NCBI GenBank assembly: GCA_019120295.1 | Contig: DWVI01000002.1 | Span: 80,869 to 144,868 of the forward strand | From: Candidatus Onthoplasma faecipullorum | GTDB taxonomy: Bacteria; Bacillota; Clostridia; Christensenellales; UBA1242 | Direction of reading: 5' to 3' | Length of the DNA: 64,000 bases | In this document: one piece after another, positions 36,454 to 44,990 of the stretch | How the letters are laid out: every line of letters starts with the position of its first letter | Position numbering within the stretch: position 1 is the stretch's first letter | Notes under the pieces: generated by a model | Databases searched by the model: none | What the model was told of the DNA's origin: nothing | What the model saw: the letters and a program-made list of their open reading frames with translations, nothing else | Translations under genes and position numbers: made by a program

Positions 36454-37800
36454 CTAAATTTTATCTAATTCTTTTTTTATTTTATCTTTATCTAGGTGTT
36501 GGCCAATGAAAACAAGTTTAATCATTCTATCGCCGTACTTTTCGTCCCAATCGTGACGGAATTTTTCGTCGTGTAATAGCATTTGCTCAATTTGATATCT
36601 TGGAAGTGTTGCATACCAAGGACCATTTTCAGTTAAAATCTTTTGTTTGCCGGCTTGTTCGTAGACGTAACTCATTCGATTGTCACCTTTAAAATACACT
36701 AAACCTTTTGTTCTAATTATGCTCTTGCCGAAATCTAAATTTGCCCAATCTTCAAACTTCAATCTATCAAATGGTTCGCGCCTAAAATAAACATACGTGC
36801 CAATACCATACTCTTCAACTTCTCCACCTTTATGGTCGTGGTGGTGATGGTGTGAATGTTTGTGATGTTTTTCTTTTTTCTCATGGTCTTCGTGGTGGTG
36901 ATGTTCTTCGTCGTCTTCGTCGTCATCGTCGTCTTCGTCATCATCGTCTTCATCATCGTCATCGTCGTCGTCTTCGTTGTCTTCGACTTCATCATCGTCA
37001 TGGTGATGTTCTTTCTCGTCTTCATCTTCTTCTGTGTGATTTTTTGAATTACTATCTTCTTCAATATCTTTTTCAATTTCTTGGAACCAACCAGCCGATG
37101 TAATTAGATTTTCCATATCAAATAAGTTGGTATCTAGCACTTCGCTTATATCAACGTTAGAATAATCGGTTTCAATTATCTTTGCTTTTGGTTGAAGATT
37201 TTTAATTATCTTTTTAAGCCTATTTAATTCTTCTTTGCTCACTTCACTAACTTTATTTAGTATTAACACATCACAAAATTCAATTTGCTGAATAACTAAA
37301 TTTTCAATATCCTCTTCTCCAATATCTTGTTTTATAAGTTCGTCGCCACAGCCAAATTCTTGCACCATTCTAAGAGCATCAACCACTGAAATAATAGCAT
37401 CAAGTTTGCAATAAATCGGCATTTTCTTTTGTTTGAAACTTTCGGTTAAGAAATTGATTGTTTGTGCAATTGGAATAGGTTCACATATTCCACTTGCTTC
37501 AATTATTATATGGTCGAATTTTCTTTGCTTGATTATATCATGAATTTGCTCAATCAAATCTTTTCTAAGAGTGCAACAAATACAGCCATTTTGAAGTGCA
37601 ACCAGGCTTTCGTCGCGTTTGCCAACAATACCGCCCTTTTCAATAAGTTCAGCGTCGATATTCACTTCACCGATGTCGTTTACAATTACCGCCACCTTAT
37701 AACCTTTTGTGTTAGTTAAAATATGATTTAAAAGTGTGGTTTTACCACTTCCTAAATAACCTGTTACCAAAGTAATAGGCACAGTTTTAAATTCTTTCAT
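36454..37800 (-). CDS. COG0523/CobW-family metallochaperone GTPase with a long acidic and His-rich insert
   Basis: The P-loop GYLGSGKTTLLN and the metal-binding motif GCICC are present. The insert reads ...EEDEDEKEHHHDDDEVEDNEDDDDDDDEDDDDEDDDDDEDDEEHHHHEDHEKKEKHHKHSHHHHHDHKG. A CobW C-terminal domain follows. Confidence 0.85.
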   Translation of the reverse strand: MKEFKTVPITLVTGYLGSGKTTLLNHILTNTKGYKVAVIVNDIGEVNIDAELIEKGGIVGKRDESLVALQNGCICCTLRKDLIEQIHDIIKQRKFDHIIIEASGICEPIPIAQTINFLTESFKQKKMPIYCKLDAIISVVDALRMVQEFGCGDELIKQDIGEEDIENLVIQQIEFCDVLILNKVSEVSKEELNRLKKIIKNLQPKAKIIETDYSNVDISEVLDTNLFDMENLITSAGWFQEIEKDIEEDSNSKNHTEEDEDEKEHHHDDDEVEDNEDDDDDDDEDDDDEDDDDDEDDEEHHHHEDHEKKEKHHKHSHHHHHDHKGGEVEEYGIGTYVYFRREPFDRLKFEDWANLDFGKSIIRTKGLVYFKGDNRMSYVYEQAGKQKILTENGPWYATLPRYQIEQMLLHDEKFRHDWDEKYGDRMIKLVFIGQHLDKDKIKKELDKI

Positions 37801-37925
37801 TTTTTTCTCCTTATAAACGCACTAATTATACCACAAAAAACATAATTTCAATACTAATTTTCAAAATTTTTTAAAAAACATTGCACCAAAATAAAAAAGC
37901 ACACGTTAGCGCGTGCTTTTTAAAA

Positions 37926-40031
37926 TTATTCAATTTCTGCAAAGTTTCCAAAGTTTCCTGACCCTTCAGCCTCCACGACCACAGGTTCAACATCTGAATT
38001 TGACGTGTATCTTAAATATACATTCAACGCGTCTGCATTGTTTGCAATTTCACATTTAAAATTACCGCTTGATGTGTTAGTTACATCTGAACCTTTCGGG
38101 CCTGTTCCTAAATAAACATTGTTGCAACCACCTTCAAAAGCGTTGGCGTTTATCGTGATTGTTCCAAAAACTATACCTTCTGTGTTTTCCCCATTGTTCC
38201 AACTATCGCTTGGATTATCTGTTTCGCCTAAACGAGTTTTAATTGAAATTGCAACATCTGCGTCGCTACTTATTGTGTTAAACACATTATTTGTTATAAC
38301 AATATTTTCACAAGTTGTTGAATAAAGGTTTAAATCTAGTGCATAACCAGCAGTTGAGGCAGTGCCGGCTGTTGTAGTTCCTGAGAAAGTGCAACCATTA
38401 ACAACTAGATATGTGATAGAAGTTAAATATATGCATTTATATCCACCAATACCAGTGTCTCCAGTAGTGAAGGTACAATTATTAAATGTTAAACCAACTT
38501 TTTTAGTTGAAGAAATTGCAGTAGTAAATGTGCAGTTATCAAACACATAATTACTTCCATCAACTAACAAGCTATCAATATTTGTGTTAAAAGTTTGGTT
38601 GTAAAATTCAGTGGTAGATTCGGTGGCATAAACAATTCTTCCACCAACATACTCTTTACCTTGAACAGGTGAAATTAATGTGTATAATTCGTCGTAACTA
38701 GGGTTACCTTCACCTAATTTGTTGTTTACCATTGAAACCATTAAGTTGCTTATGTTACCAGCCCTATAATACAAACTTGCAGTTGTATCCAAAACATGTG
38801 CAACATATGCTCTAACTATATCGCCACCAGAAACGGTTAATTTTCCAGATGCTACATATAAATTTCTAACACTACCACCATTGATTATAGATGCGTCACT
38901 AGTTGTGTCAATACACAAATCTTTTGAATAATTTTCAGATGTAGATTGAGTGGCTGCTTGCGAATTGGTAATGCTTCCACCATTCATTTCAATTTCAGCA
39001 TTTCCACCAATGTACACACCTCCTGCTTTTAAACCGTCTGTGCAATTACCTTTTGAGATTGTTGCATTGTCAAGCACAAGTTTTCCAGACATTGCACTAA
39101 CGCCACGAGCAACATCGTTGCCGTCTAAAATTAAGTCTTTTAAAGTTAAAGTTATTGTACTCGCACCATCAACCACATGAAAAATTGATTTTACATTAAC
39201 GTCGTTGAAAGTATTTTGTGTAAAAGCAGTATCCGCAACAATATAATATTGTCCGCGACCGTCGATTGTTAATGATTTACTGATATCTATTGTTTCGTTT
39301 GTGAACACATAATTGTTTAAATAAATAGTGTCCCCACTCTGTGCATTTTCAACCGCGTCCTTAATATTTGAATAGTAAGACACGCTTTGGCCTTGCGACT
39401 CAACTTCAACCACATCTTTCATTGTTGCAGTTGCGTTGATAAAGTGTATGTTGTAGTTTTGAGTGGTTTCGTCAAACAAATCTGGTTCAGCCGTCAACGT
39501 ATAAGTTTTGCCAACAACTGCATTTTCTTGCGTGATTGTAACAGGACTATCTATATTAGAATTATCTAACACAATATAATTTAAACTTAAAACGTCGCCG
39601 TCAACAACATCTTCACTAAATTCATAACTAAAACCGCTAAATTCTTGTGATTTATAAAGGTCAACATCATTTAAAATAAGTGTTATTGATTTCTTATTAA
39701 TAGTCATACTCACGGCTCTAGAAGAGATGTAATCATTATATCCGTCCGCCGATATCTTATAATAAACATTATATCTACCAGCATTTTTAATATTTAACTC
39801 AGTGCCAGAAACAAAATTTTGCTTATCTAACGAATATGTAACAGTGGTTGAAACACCTGGATAACTTACATTAAAAATATGGCTACTACCATCATATGTA
39901 AAAGATTGCGCACCCACAACTATTTGATTTGCATTAAATGAAAGCAATTCAGGTTCGTTATTGCAACCTGCAAATAATAAACCAGAGCAGATTAAAACTA
40001 AAGCACAAATACCAATTTTTAATTTTCTCAT
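37926..40031 (-). CDS. Surface lipoprotein with an MBG-like domain and right-handed beta-helix repeats
   Basis: The 701-aa product has the lipobox LFAGC. An MBG-like segment is present (FTYDGSSHIFNVSYPG...NAGRYNVYYKISADGYNDY). A pectin-lyase-like start (SGDTIYLNNYVFTNETIDISKSLTIDGRG) is followed by repeated NCTF/GCTF strands. Confidence 0.7.
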   Translation of the reverse strand: MRKLKIGICALVLICSGLLFAGCNNEPELLSFNANQIVVGAQSFTYDGSSHIFNVSYPGVSTTVTYSLDKQNFVSGTELNIKNAGRYNVYYKISADGYNDYISSRAVSMTINKKSITLILNDVDLYKSQEFSGFSYEFSEDVVDGDVLSLNYIVLDNSNIDSPVTITQENAVVGKTYTLTAEPDLFDETTQNYNIHFINATATMKDVVEVESQGQSVSYYSNIKDAVENAQSGDTIYLNNYVFTNETIDISKSLTIDGRGQYYIVADTAFTQNTFNDVNVKSIFHVVDGASTITLTLKDLILDGNDVARGVSAMSGKLVLDNATISKGNCTDGLKAGGVYIGGNAEIEMNGGSITNSQAATQSTSENYSKDLCIDTTSDASIINGGSVRNLYVASGKLTVSGGDIVRAYVAHVLDTTASLYYRAGNISNLMVSMVNNKLGEGNPSYDELYTLISPVQGKEYVGGRIVYATESTTEFYNQTFNTNIDSLLVDGSNYVFDNCTFTTAISSTKKVGLTFNNCTFTTGDTGIGGYKCIYLTSITYLVVNGCTFSGTTTAGTASTAGYALDLNLYSTTCENIVITNNVFNTISSDADVAISIKTRLGETDNPSDSWNNGENTEGIVFGTITINANAFEGGCNNVYLGTGPKGSDVTNTSSGNFKCEIANNADALNVYLRYTSNSDVEPVVVEAEGSGNFGNFAEIE

Positions 40032-40362
40032 TAAAACCCCCCTTTTAAGTATTCTTATTATACCAATTCAAAAATTAAAAATCAAATAAAAACGAAAGAA
40101 AACACGAAAAAACCCACTATACTTATTTTTTGTTTAATATTTTTAAATATGTGAAAATTTTTTTGGTTTTAATTGAAAAAACTTTATAAATATGTGAAAA
40201 TTTAACAAAAATTATGATTTTTTAACAATTTTTTGATATTTTTTAATTTTTCTTATAATTTTTTTATTTTTTAAAAAAATTTTAAAATTTATTTTTTTAA
40301 AAAGTTAAATTTATTCTTTTGAAATTTTTATTTTTTTGTTATAATCATTTAAAGGAGGATAT

Positions 40363-41004
40363 ATGGCAACACGAAAGAACGCAAGTAAAAGAACAACACG
40401 TGCCAAAATCAATCTTGATTTAGACGAAAGCACTATAAAGAAAAGTAGTAAAAAAGCAAAATCAGCCACTAAAAGTTTAGGCAAAAATATGGCGATTATC
40501 ATTGTACTATTCTTAATAATAGGTATAGGGTTAGGAATTGGCGCAGGGTTTTATGTTTGTAGGAATGATTGTTTTGAAATTGTTGGCGCGGACGAACTCA
40601 CTCTCACAATTGGCGAAAATTATTACGACGAAGGTTGTAAGGTTATTTCACTTGGAAAAGATATATCAAGTGATATTGAAATTGAAACCGATTTGACTAT
40701 AAATCAGGACGGAAGTTTAACAGGCGACGAAACAAAAACTTATTACATATTGTATAAATCAAACGACATAAAGTACGGTAAAATTTTCACTGTTACAAAA
40801 ATTAGGCTTATCACTTTTGTTGAAGAAAGTGAAAGCGAAGAGTTTGAAAGTGCGCAGGATAACACAACCAACAACAACCAAAATGAAACAACAAATTTTG
40901 AAAATGCTAAACTAAGCACACAGTTATTCGATTTAGAAAAAAGCAAAAATACAATTGATAGTTTGTCTATTATTTGCACTAATAAGGGGGAAATAAATGG
41001 CTAG
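40363..41004 (+). CDS. Membrane-anchored protein of unknown function
   Basis: The 213-aa ORF has a strong SD (aaaggagg). It has a basic N-terminus, one TM segment (MAIIIVLFLIIGIGLGIGAGFYV) and an Ig-like extracellular part. It overlaps the next gene by 8 nt. Confidence 0.6.
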   Translation: MATRKNASKRTTRAKINLDLDESTIKKSSKKAKSATKSLGKNMAIIIVLFLIIGIGLGIGAGFYVCRNDCFEIVGADELTLTIGENYYDEGCKVISLGKDISSDIEIETDLTINQDGSLTGDETKTYYILYKSNDIKYGKIFTVTKIRLITFVEESESEEFESAQDNTTNNNQNETTNFENAKLSTQLFDLEKSKNTIDSLSIICTNKGEING

Positions 41005-42220
41005 TAAGAAAAATAAATCTAATGTTGCATTAAATATAGTTGTTTCTATTTTGGTTTTAGTGATTGGCGCGCTAGCAGGTTTTGTTGGATACACATATTT
41101 CACTCTTCCACTAAGTGAAGAACTTATAATTACAGAAGATGTGTTTTATTCGTACAATGATAACGAAGAATTGTCAGCAATACCACTAACCAACGAACCA
41201 GGCGAAGTTAGTGTGCATTTTCTAGAACTTGGAAACAAATACACAGGCGATTGCACATACATAAAAGTTGGAGATGTGGACATTTTAATAGACTGTGGTT
41301 CAAAATCTAACAGCGTTGCAACGGTTAGCGAATATCTAAATCAATATGTTACAGACAACACGCTTGAATACGTTATTATCACTCACGCCCACACCGACCA
41401 CTATGCAGGGTTTGCAACAAGCGAAAAAGTTGAAAGCATATTTGATTTATATGATTGTGAAACAATAATCACATTTTCGCAAACCACAAGCGGTAAAGAA
41501 GACACTGCAACCTATAAAAACTACCTTCGCGAATTAAATGCAGAAATTGTAGCAGGTGCAGAGCACTTTACAGCGCTTGAATGTATTAACGAAACAGAAA
41601 ATGAAAATGGTGTGAAAGCACAAAAAATGTGGCCGCTAAATGAAGAATATGATGTTACACTTGAAATTTTAGATAGTTATTATTATGAAAACAGAGCAAG
41701 CAGTGAAAATGACCATTCAGTTTGCGTTATGGTAAACCAAGGGACGAGAGACGATGCAAAACATTTCCTATTTACAGGCGACTTAGAAGCAGACGGTGAA
41801 GAATATTTAGTTAAATTAAACGACCTTCCGCAAGTTGATTTATACAAAGCAGGTCACCACGGAAGCAAAACTTCTTCAACCGATGTTTTACTAGATGTTA
41901 TTCAACCAAAAACTGTTTGCATTTGTTGTTGTGCTGGAAGCAGTGAGTACACCGATAACCCACTAAATCAATTCCCTACCCAAGAATTTATCGACCGCAT
42001 GGCAATAAGAAATATTGAAAACGTATATGTTACAACATTATGTGTGGATTATAAAAATAATGAATTCACTTCATTCAATGGAAACATTGTTGTTATATCA
42101 CTTCCAGCAAGTTCAACCGCTGAAATAAAATTTGGAATAAATTGTTCAAATAACAACACAATTTTAAAAGACTCAGAATGGTTCAAAAATAACCGCGTTT
42201 GGAATAGTGCGACCACTTGA
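40997..42220 (+). CDS. Membrane-anchored metallo-beta-lactamase-fold protein (ComEC C-terminal-domain-like)
   Basis: The 407-aa product has an N-terminal TM anchor. MBL motifs are present: ILIDCGS, ITHAHTDHYAG, FTGDLE and YKAGHHGSKTS. Confidence 0.8.
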   Translation: MASKKNKSNVALNIVVSILVLVIGALAGFVGYTYFTLPLSEELIITEDVFYSYNDNEELSAIPLTNEPGEVSVHFLELGNKYTGDCTYIKVGDVDILIDCGSKSNSVATVSEYLNQYVTDNTLEYVIITHAHTDHYAGFATSEKVESIFDLYDCETIITFSQTTSGKEDTATYKNYLRELNAEIVAGAEHFTALECINETENENGVKAQKMWPLNEEYDVTLEILDSYYYENRASSENDHSVCVMVNQGTRDDAKHFLFTGDLEADGEEYLVKLNDLPQVDLYKAGHHGSKTSSTDVLLDVIQPKTVCICCCAGSSEYTDNPLNQFPTQEFIDRMAIRNIENVYVTTLCVDYKNNEFTSFNGNIVVISLPASSTAEIKFGINCSNNNTILKDSEWFKNNRVWNSATT

Positions 42221-42391
42221 TAATAAATTATGAAAGCAATTAAATATTGAAATATAAATAAAAAAATAAGGCAAAAATTTACCGCCTTATTTTTTTGTTT
42301 TAAAAAATTTATTAAAATTTTATAAAAAATCATTAAAATTTAGTGAAAATTTATAATTTTTTAGCAAAATATACAAAATTTAGTAAAATTT

Positions 42392-43120
42392 TTAATCTTT
42401 TTTATCTTTACGAGTGAAAATGTTTAGAAATTTTGCAAGGGTTAAAGTTATGCCGTCCGCGTGAACGATTGCGTATCTTTTTAGCGCTGCTTTACCAAAG
42501 ATTGTTAGTCCTGCAATTACAGCGGAAACAACAGCAGATATTAAAACCACGGTAAAATCACCCGCACTTTCAATCACAATTTTTGCAAGTATACTTGCTC
42601 CTGCTGAACCCGATAGAATTCCGCACACATCACCTAACACGTCCGAACAAATGGAACTCACTCTATCTGCATTTTTAACAAGCGCAATCGCCTGTTTGCT
42701 ACCCTTCACTTTTCTTGACGCCATTGCCGTAAACGTTTCTAAATTACTTGTTGCAACGGCTAAGCCAATCATATCCGTTAAAACTGCTATTGAAATAAAC
42801 ACTAAAATTACAATCACAGCCAAAACAATATTTGCATTGGATAATGTTAATTCACTAATAACGCTAAACGAAAAAGATAGCACTAACGCCATGATTAGCA
42901 CTTTAACCGGCCAAACCCAAGCGGACTGCTTTTTAGGTCTGTTTTTTGATTTTTGCTCGGCGTTTTGCTTCGCGTCCTTTACTCGTTTGACACCTTCACC
43001 ATTTTTCGTTTCATTTTCGCTTGTTGTTTTATCGTTTAAACTTTCGTCTGATTGCTCTAAATCAGGTTCTTTTTTATTTAAATCTTCAATTTGTTTGTTA
43101 CTATCAATATCTTCTTTCAA
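42392..43120 (-). CDS. Four-TM membrane protein with a Lys/Glu-rich N-terminus; OapA-like by context
   Basis: Four hydrophobic segments are seen: WVWPVKVLIMALVLSFSFSVI, ANIVLAVIVILVFISIAVLTDMIGLAV, VLGDVCGILSGSAGASILAKIVI and FTVVLISAVVSAVIAGLTIFG. The start is uncertain. The tracked ORF starts at a GTG (43150). The TTG at 43120 has an aagga SD 8 nt upstream. Confidence 0.6.
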   Translation of the reverse strand: MKEDIDSNKQIEDLNKKEPDLEQSDESLNDKTTSENETKNGEGVKRVKDAKQNAEQKSKNRPKKQSAWVWPVKVLIMALVLSFSFSVISELTLSNANIVLAVIVILVFISIAVLTDMIGLAVATSNLETFTAMASRKVKGSKQAIALVKNADRVSSICSDVLGDVCGILSGSAGASILAKIVIESAGDFTVVLISAVVSAVIAGLTIFGKAALKRYAIVHADGITLTLAKFLNIFTRKDKKD

Positions 43121-43175
43121 TTTCTTTTCCTTATAATTATATATAAACACACGTTATGTGATAAATTTTAAAATA

Positions 43176-43741
43176 ACGAAGGCAATTTTCAAGGTAAACC
43201 TTGCGGCATAGGTTCGGTTGGATTTCCCAATTTTGCACTTGTCCGTTACCAGCCAAGCGGTTTCCCTTTACGCAAAACTTGCACCGAATCGCCACTTAGA
43301 CCACACTATAATCCCCTGAAAATCTCTATCGAACAGCCTAGAAGTTTTCCTTAACAACATCAAACAAACTTATCTTTATTTTGCGCTCGTGATTTCAAAA
43401 GCAACTTAAAACGCTCGTGTACTTTGAAACGAATTAAGTTGTCGCTTAATCCCAACACTCACACTCAAAGCAGGCTACACTGCACATAACTTTCGCCATA
43501 TGCAGGTTCAATCCTTAGTGATAGAACATCTCTAAATAGCAACATTTCTACCAGATAAGGTCTCCACGATAATTGGGGGCGAACACATATGCCGTTACGT
43601 ATCTCCCAAAAATCTTAACTCCCAGCACCAGCCCCAGTTTGGGCAACCAAGGCCAGCACCACGAACTTCACAGTTTTGCCAGCGATGCTTATTTCGGCAC
43701 CCTCGTTTGTTCTAGTTGACTAGAATACTGCGCCTTCGTAC
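43176..43741 (-). ncRNA. Large (~565 nt) structured non-coding RNA candidate, OLE-class by size and context
   Basis: No ORF of 60 aa or more occurs in any frame across about 800 bp. G+C is clearly above that of the flanks. The 5' end ACGAAGGC (43739-43732) pairs with the 3' end GCCUUCGU (43183-43176). Internal hairpins include UUCUAG-UCAA-CUAGAA. The RNA has a dedicated consensus promoter. Confidence 0.55.
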
Positions 43742-43747
43742 AATAAT

Positions 43748-43776
43748 ATATTATCATTTTACCACAAATTTGTCAA
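43748..43776 (-). promoter_or_regulatory. Consensus sigma-A promoter of the large ncRNA candidate
   Basis: On minus, TTGACA (43776-43771), a 17-nt spacer and TAATAT (43753-43748). The TSS is predicted at about 43741. Confidence 0.65.
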
Positions 43777-43975
43777 GTAAGGTAAAATTTACAAATTATA
43801 ATTAATCATTATTTATTTCATAAAATTTTTATAAAATAATTAAAAAATTATAATATTTTTAATAAATTTATCTATTTTTTCGTATTTTTATTAAATTTTT
43901 TTTATTTTTAATAATATTTTTTAGTTCGTTTTTTTATTTTTAATAATTTGTAAAATTTGAATATTTAAAATAAAT

Positions 43976-44698
43976 TTACAAACTAAAACCGCCGTCAATT
44001 GTTATAATTTGACCGGTTATAAAACTCGCTTTCTCACTAATTAAAAATTCCACCAAATTTGCACAATCAACCGGTTTTCCAATTCTATTTAGTGGTGTTG
44101 ACGAAACAACTTCTTTAACTGCATCAGGTGATAGGTTGTTATTCATTTTTGTGTCAATGAGCCCTGGACACACAACATTTACATTTATGTTTGACGGACC
44201 CAACTCTTTTGCAAGGGACAATGCAAAAGTGTTTAACGCTCCTTTGCTTGCTGAATACACACTCTCGCAACTTGCACCCACTTTCCCCCACATTGAAGAG
44301 ATGTACGCAATTTTACCATATTTATTTGTAATCATATTTTTAATGGCGCATTTTGTAATGTTGAAATTTGATTTAAAATTTGAATTCATAATATAGTCAA
44401 ATTCTTTTTCGCTGACGTCTTGAACAAGGTTAATTTTACTAACCCCAACGGCTGAAATTAACACATCAATTTTGTTAAATTTTGAAATAATTTCGTCAAA
44501 AAGTTTTTTAACGCTACTAAAATTTGACAAATCACACAAAAAAGTGTGCGACTCGCATTTAATTTTTGCCTGCAAATCACTTAACCCTTTTTCATTTTTA
44601 TAGCCTAGTAAAATTAACCTGTTATTTGCCTTATCTAATACGCGTGCTATCATAGAGCCAATTTCACCAGACGCTCCTGCAATGATAATTGTTTTCAT
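43976..44698 (-). CDS. Short-chain dehydrogenase/reductase (FabG-like)
   Basis: MKTIIIAGASGEIGS is a Rossmann motif. The catalytic YSASKGA and PGLIDT motifs are present. The start was set at the ATG at 44698. An extended -10 (TGTTAGAAT, 44714-44706) ends 7 nt before the ATG and there is no SD. Confidence 0.85.
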   Translation of the reverse strand: MKTIIIAGASGEIGSMIARVLDKANNRLILLGYKNEKGLSDLQAKIKCESHTFLCDLSNFSSVKKLFDEIISKFNKIDVLISAVGVSKINLVQDVSEKEFDYIMNSNFKSNFNITKCAIKNMITNKYGKIAYISSMWGKVGASCESVYSASKGALNTFALSLAKELGPSNINVNVVCPGLIDTKMNNNLSPDAVKEVVSSTPLNRIGKPVDCANLVEFLISEKASFITGQIITIDGGFSL

Positions 44699-44955
44699 AT
44701 TTAGTATTCTAACAAAAAAATAAAAAAAATAAAATAAATTTAACACATATAACTAAAAACAATGAATAATAAATCATTTTTTTACTAAATTGCCATGATT
44801 TTGTGTTTAATAACAAATATTTAATAAATTATTTTCTAGCACTTCTTAACTTTTATGTTTTATAAATTATTTTACTGCTTTATAAAACAACAAATATTTA
44901 TAATAACTAAAAAAAACACAATAAATAAAAATTGAACAATCAAAGCGGTTTTGCC

Positions 44956-44984
44956 TTGACAAAATTATTTGTAGATTATATAAT
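44956..44984 (+). promoter_or_regulatory. Consensus promoter placed for a leaderless transcript
   Basis: TTGACA (44956-44961), a 17-nt spacer and TATAAT (44979-44984). The ATG at 44991 follows after 6 nt and there is no SD. Confidence 0.6.
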
Positions 44985-44990
44985 CTAAAT

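Noticed and set aside
36759-37103. Three ORFs overlapping the acidic/His tract of the COG0523 gene
   Set aside because: They are artefacts of the GAT/GAA/CAC low-complexity DNA. Their translations are poly-T/M/K, poly-R/H/L or poly-V/F/I, and none has a start-site signal.
43150-43741. RNase P RNA, tmRNA, SRP RNA, a cobalamin riboswitch or an ORF-less group II intron as the identity of the large non-coding region
   Set aside because: I could not find the RNase P P4 signature (GAGGAAAGUCC), a tmRNA 5' GGGG...3' CCACCA tRNA-like end, the SRP GGAA/AGCA motifs, a B12 box (GCCACTG), or a group II 5' GUGCG with a domain V-like hairpin. Size and context fit a large OLE-type RNA better, but only a covariance-model search can decide.
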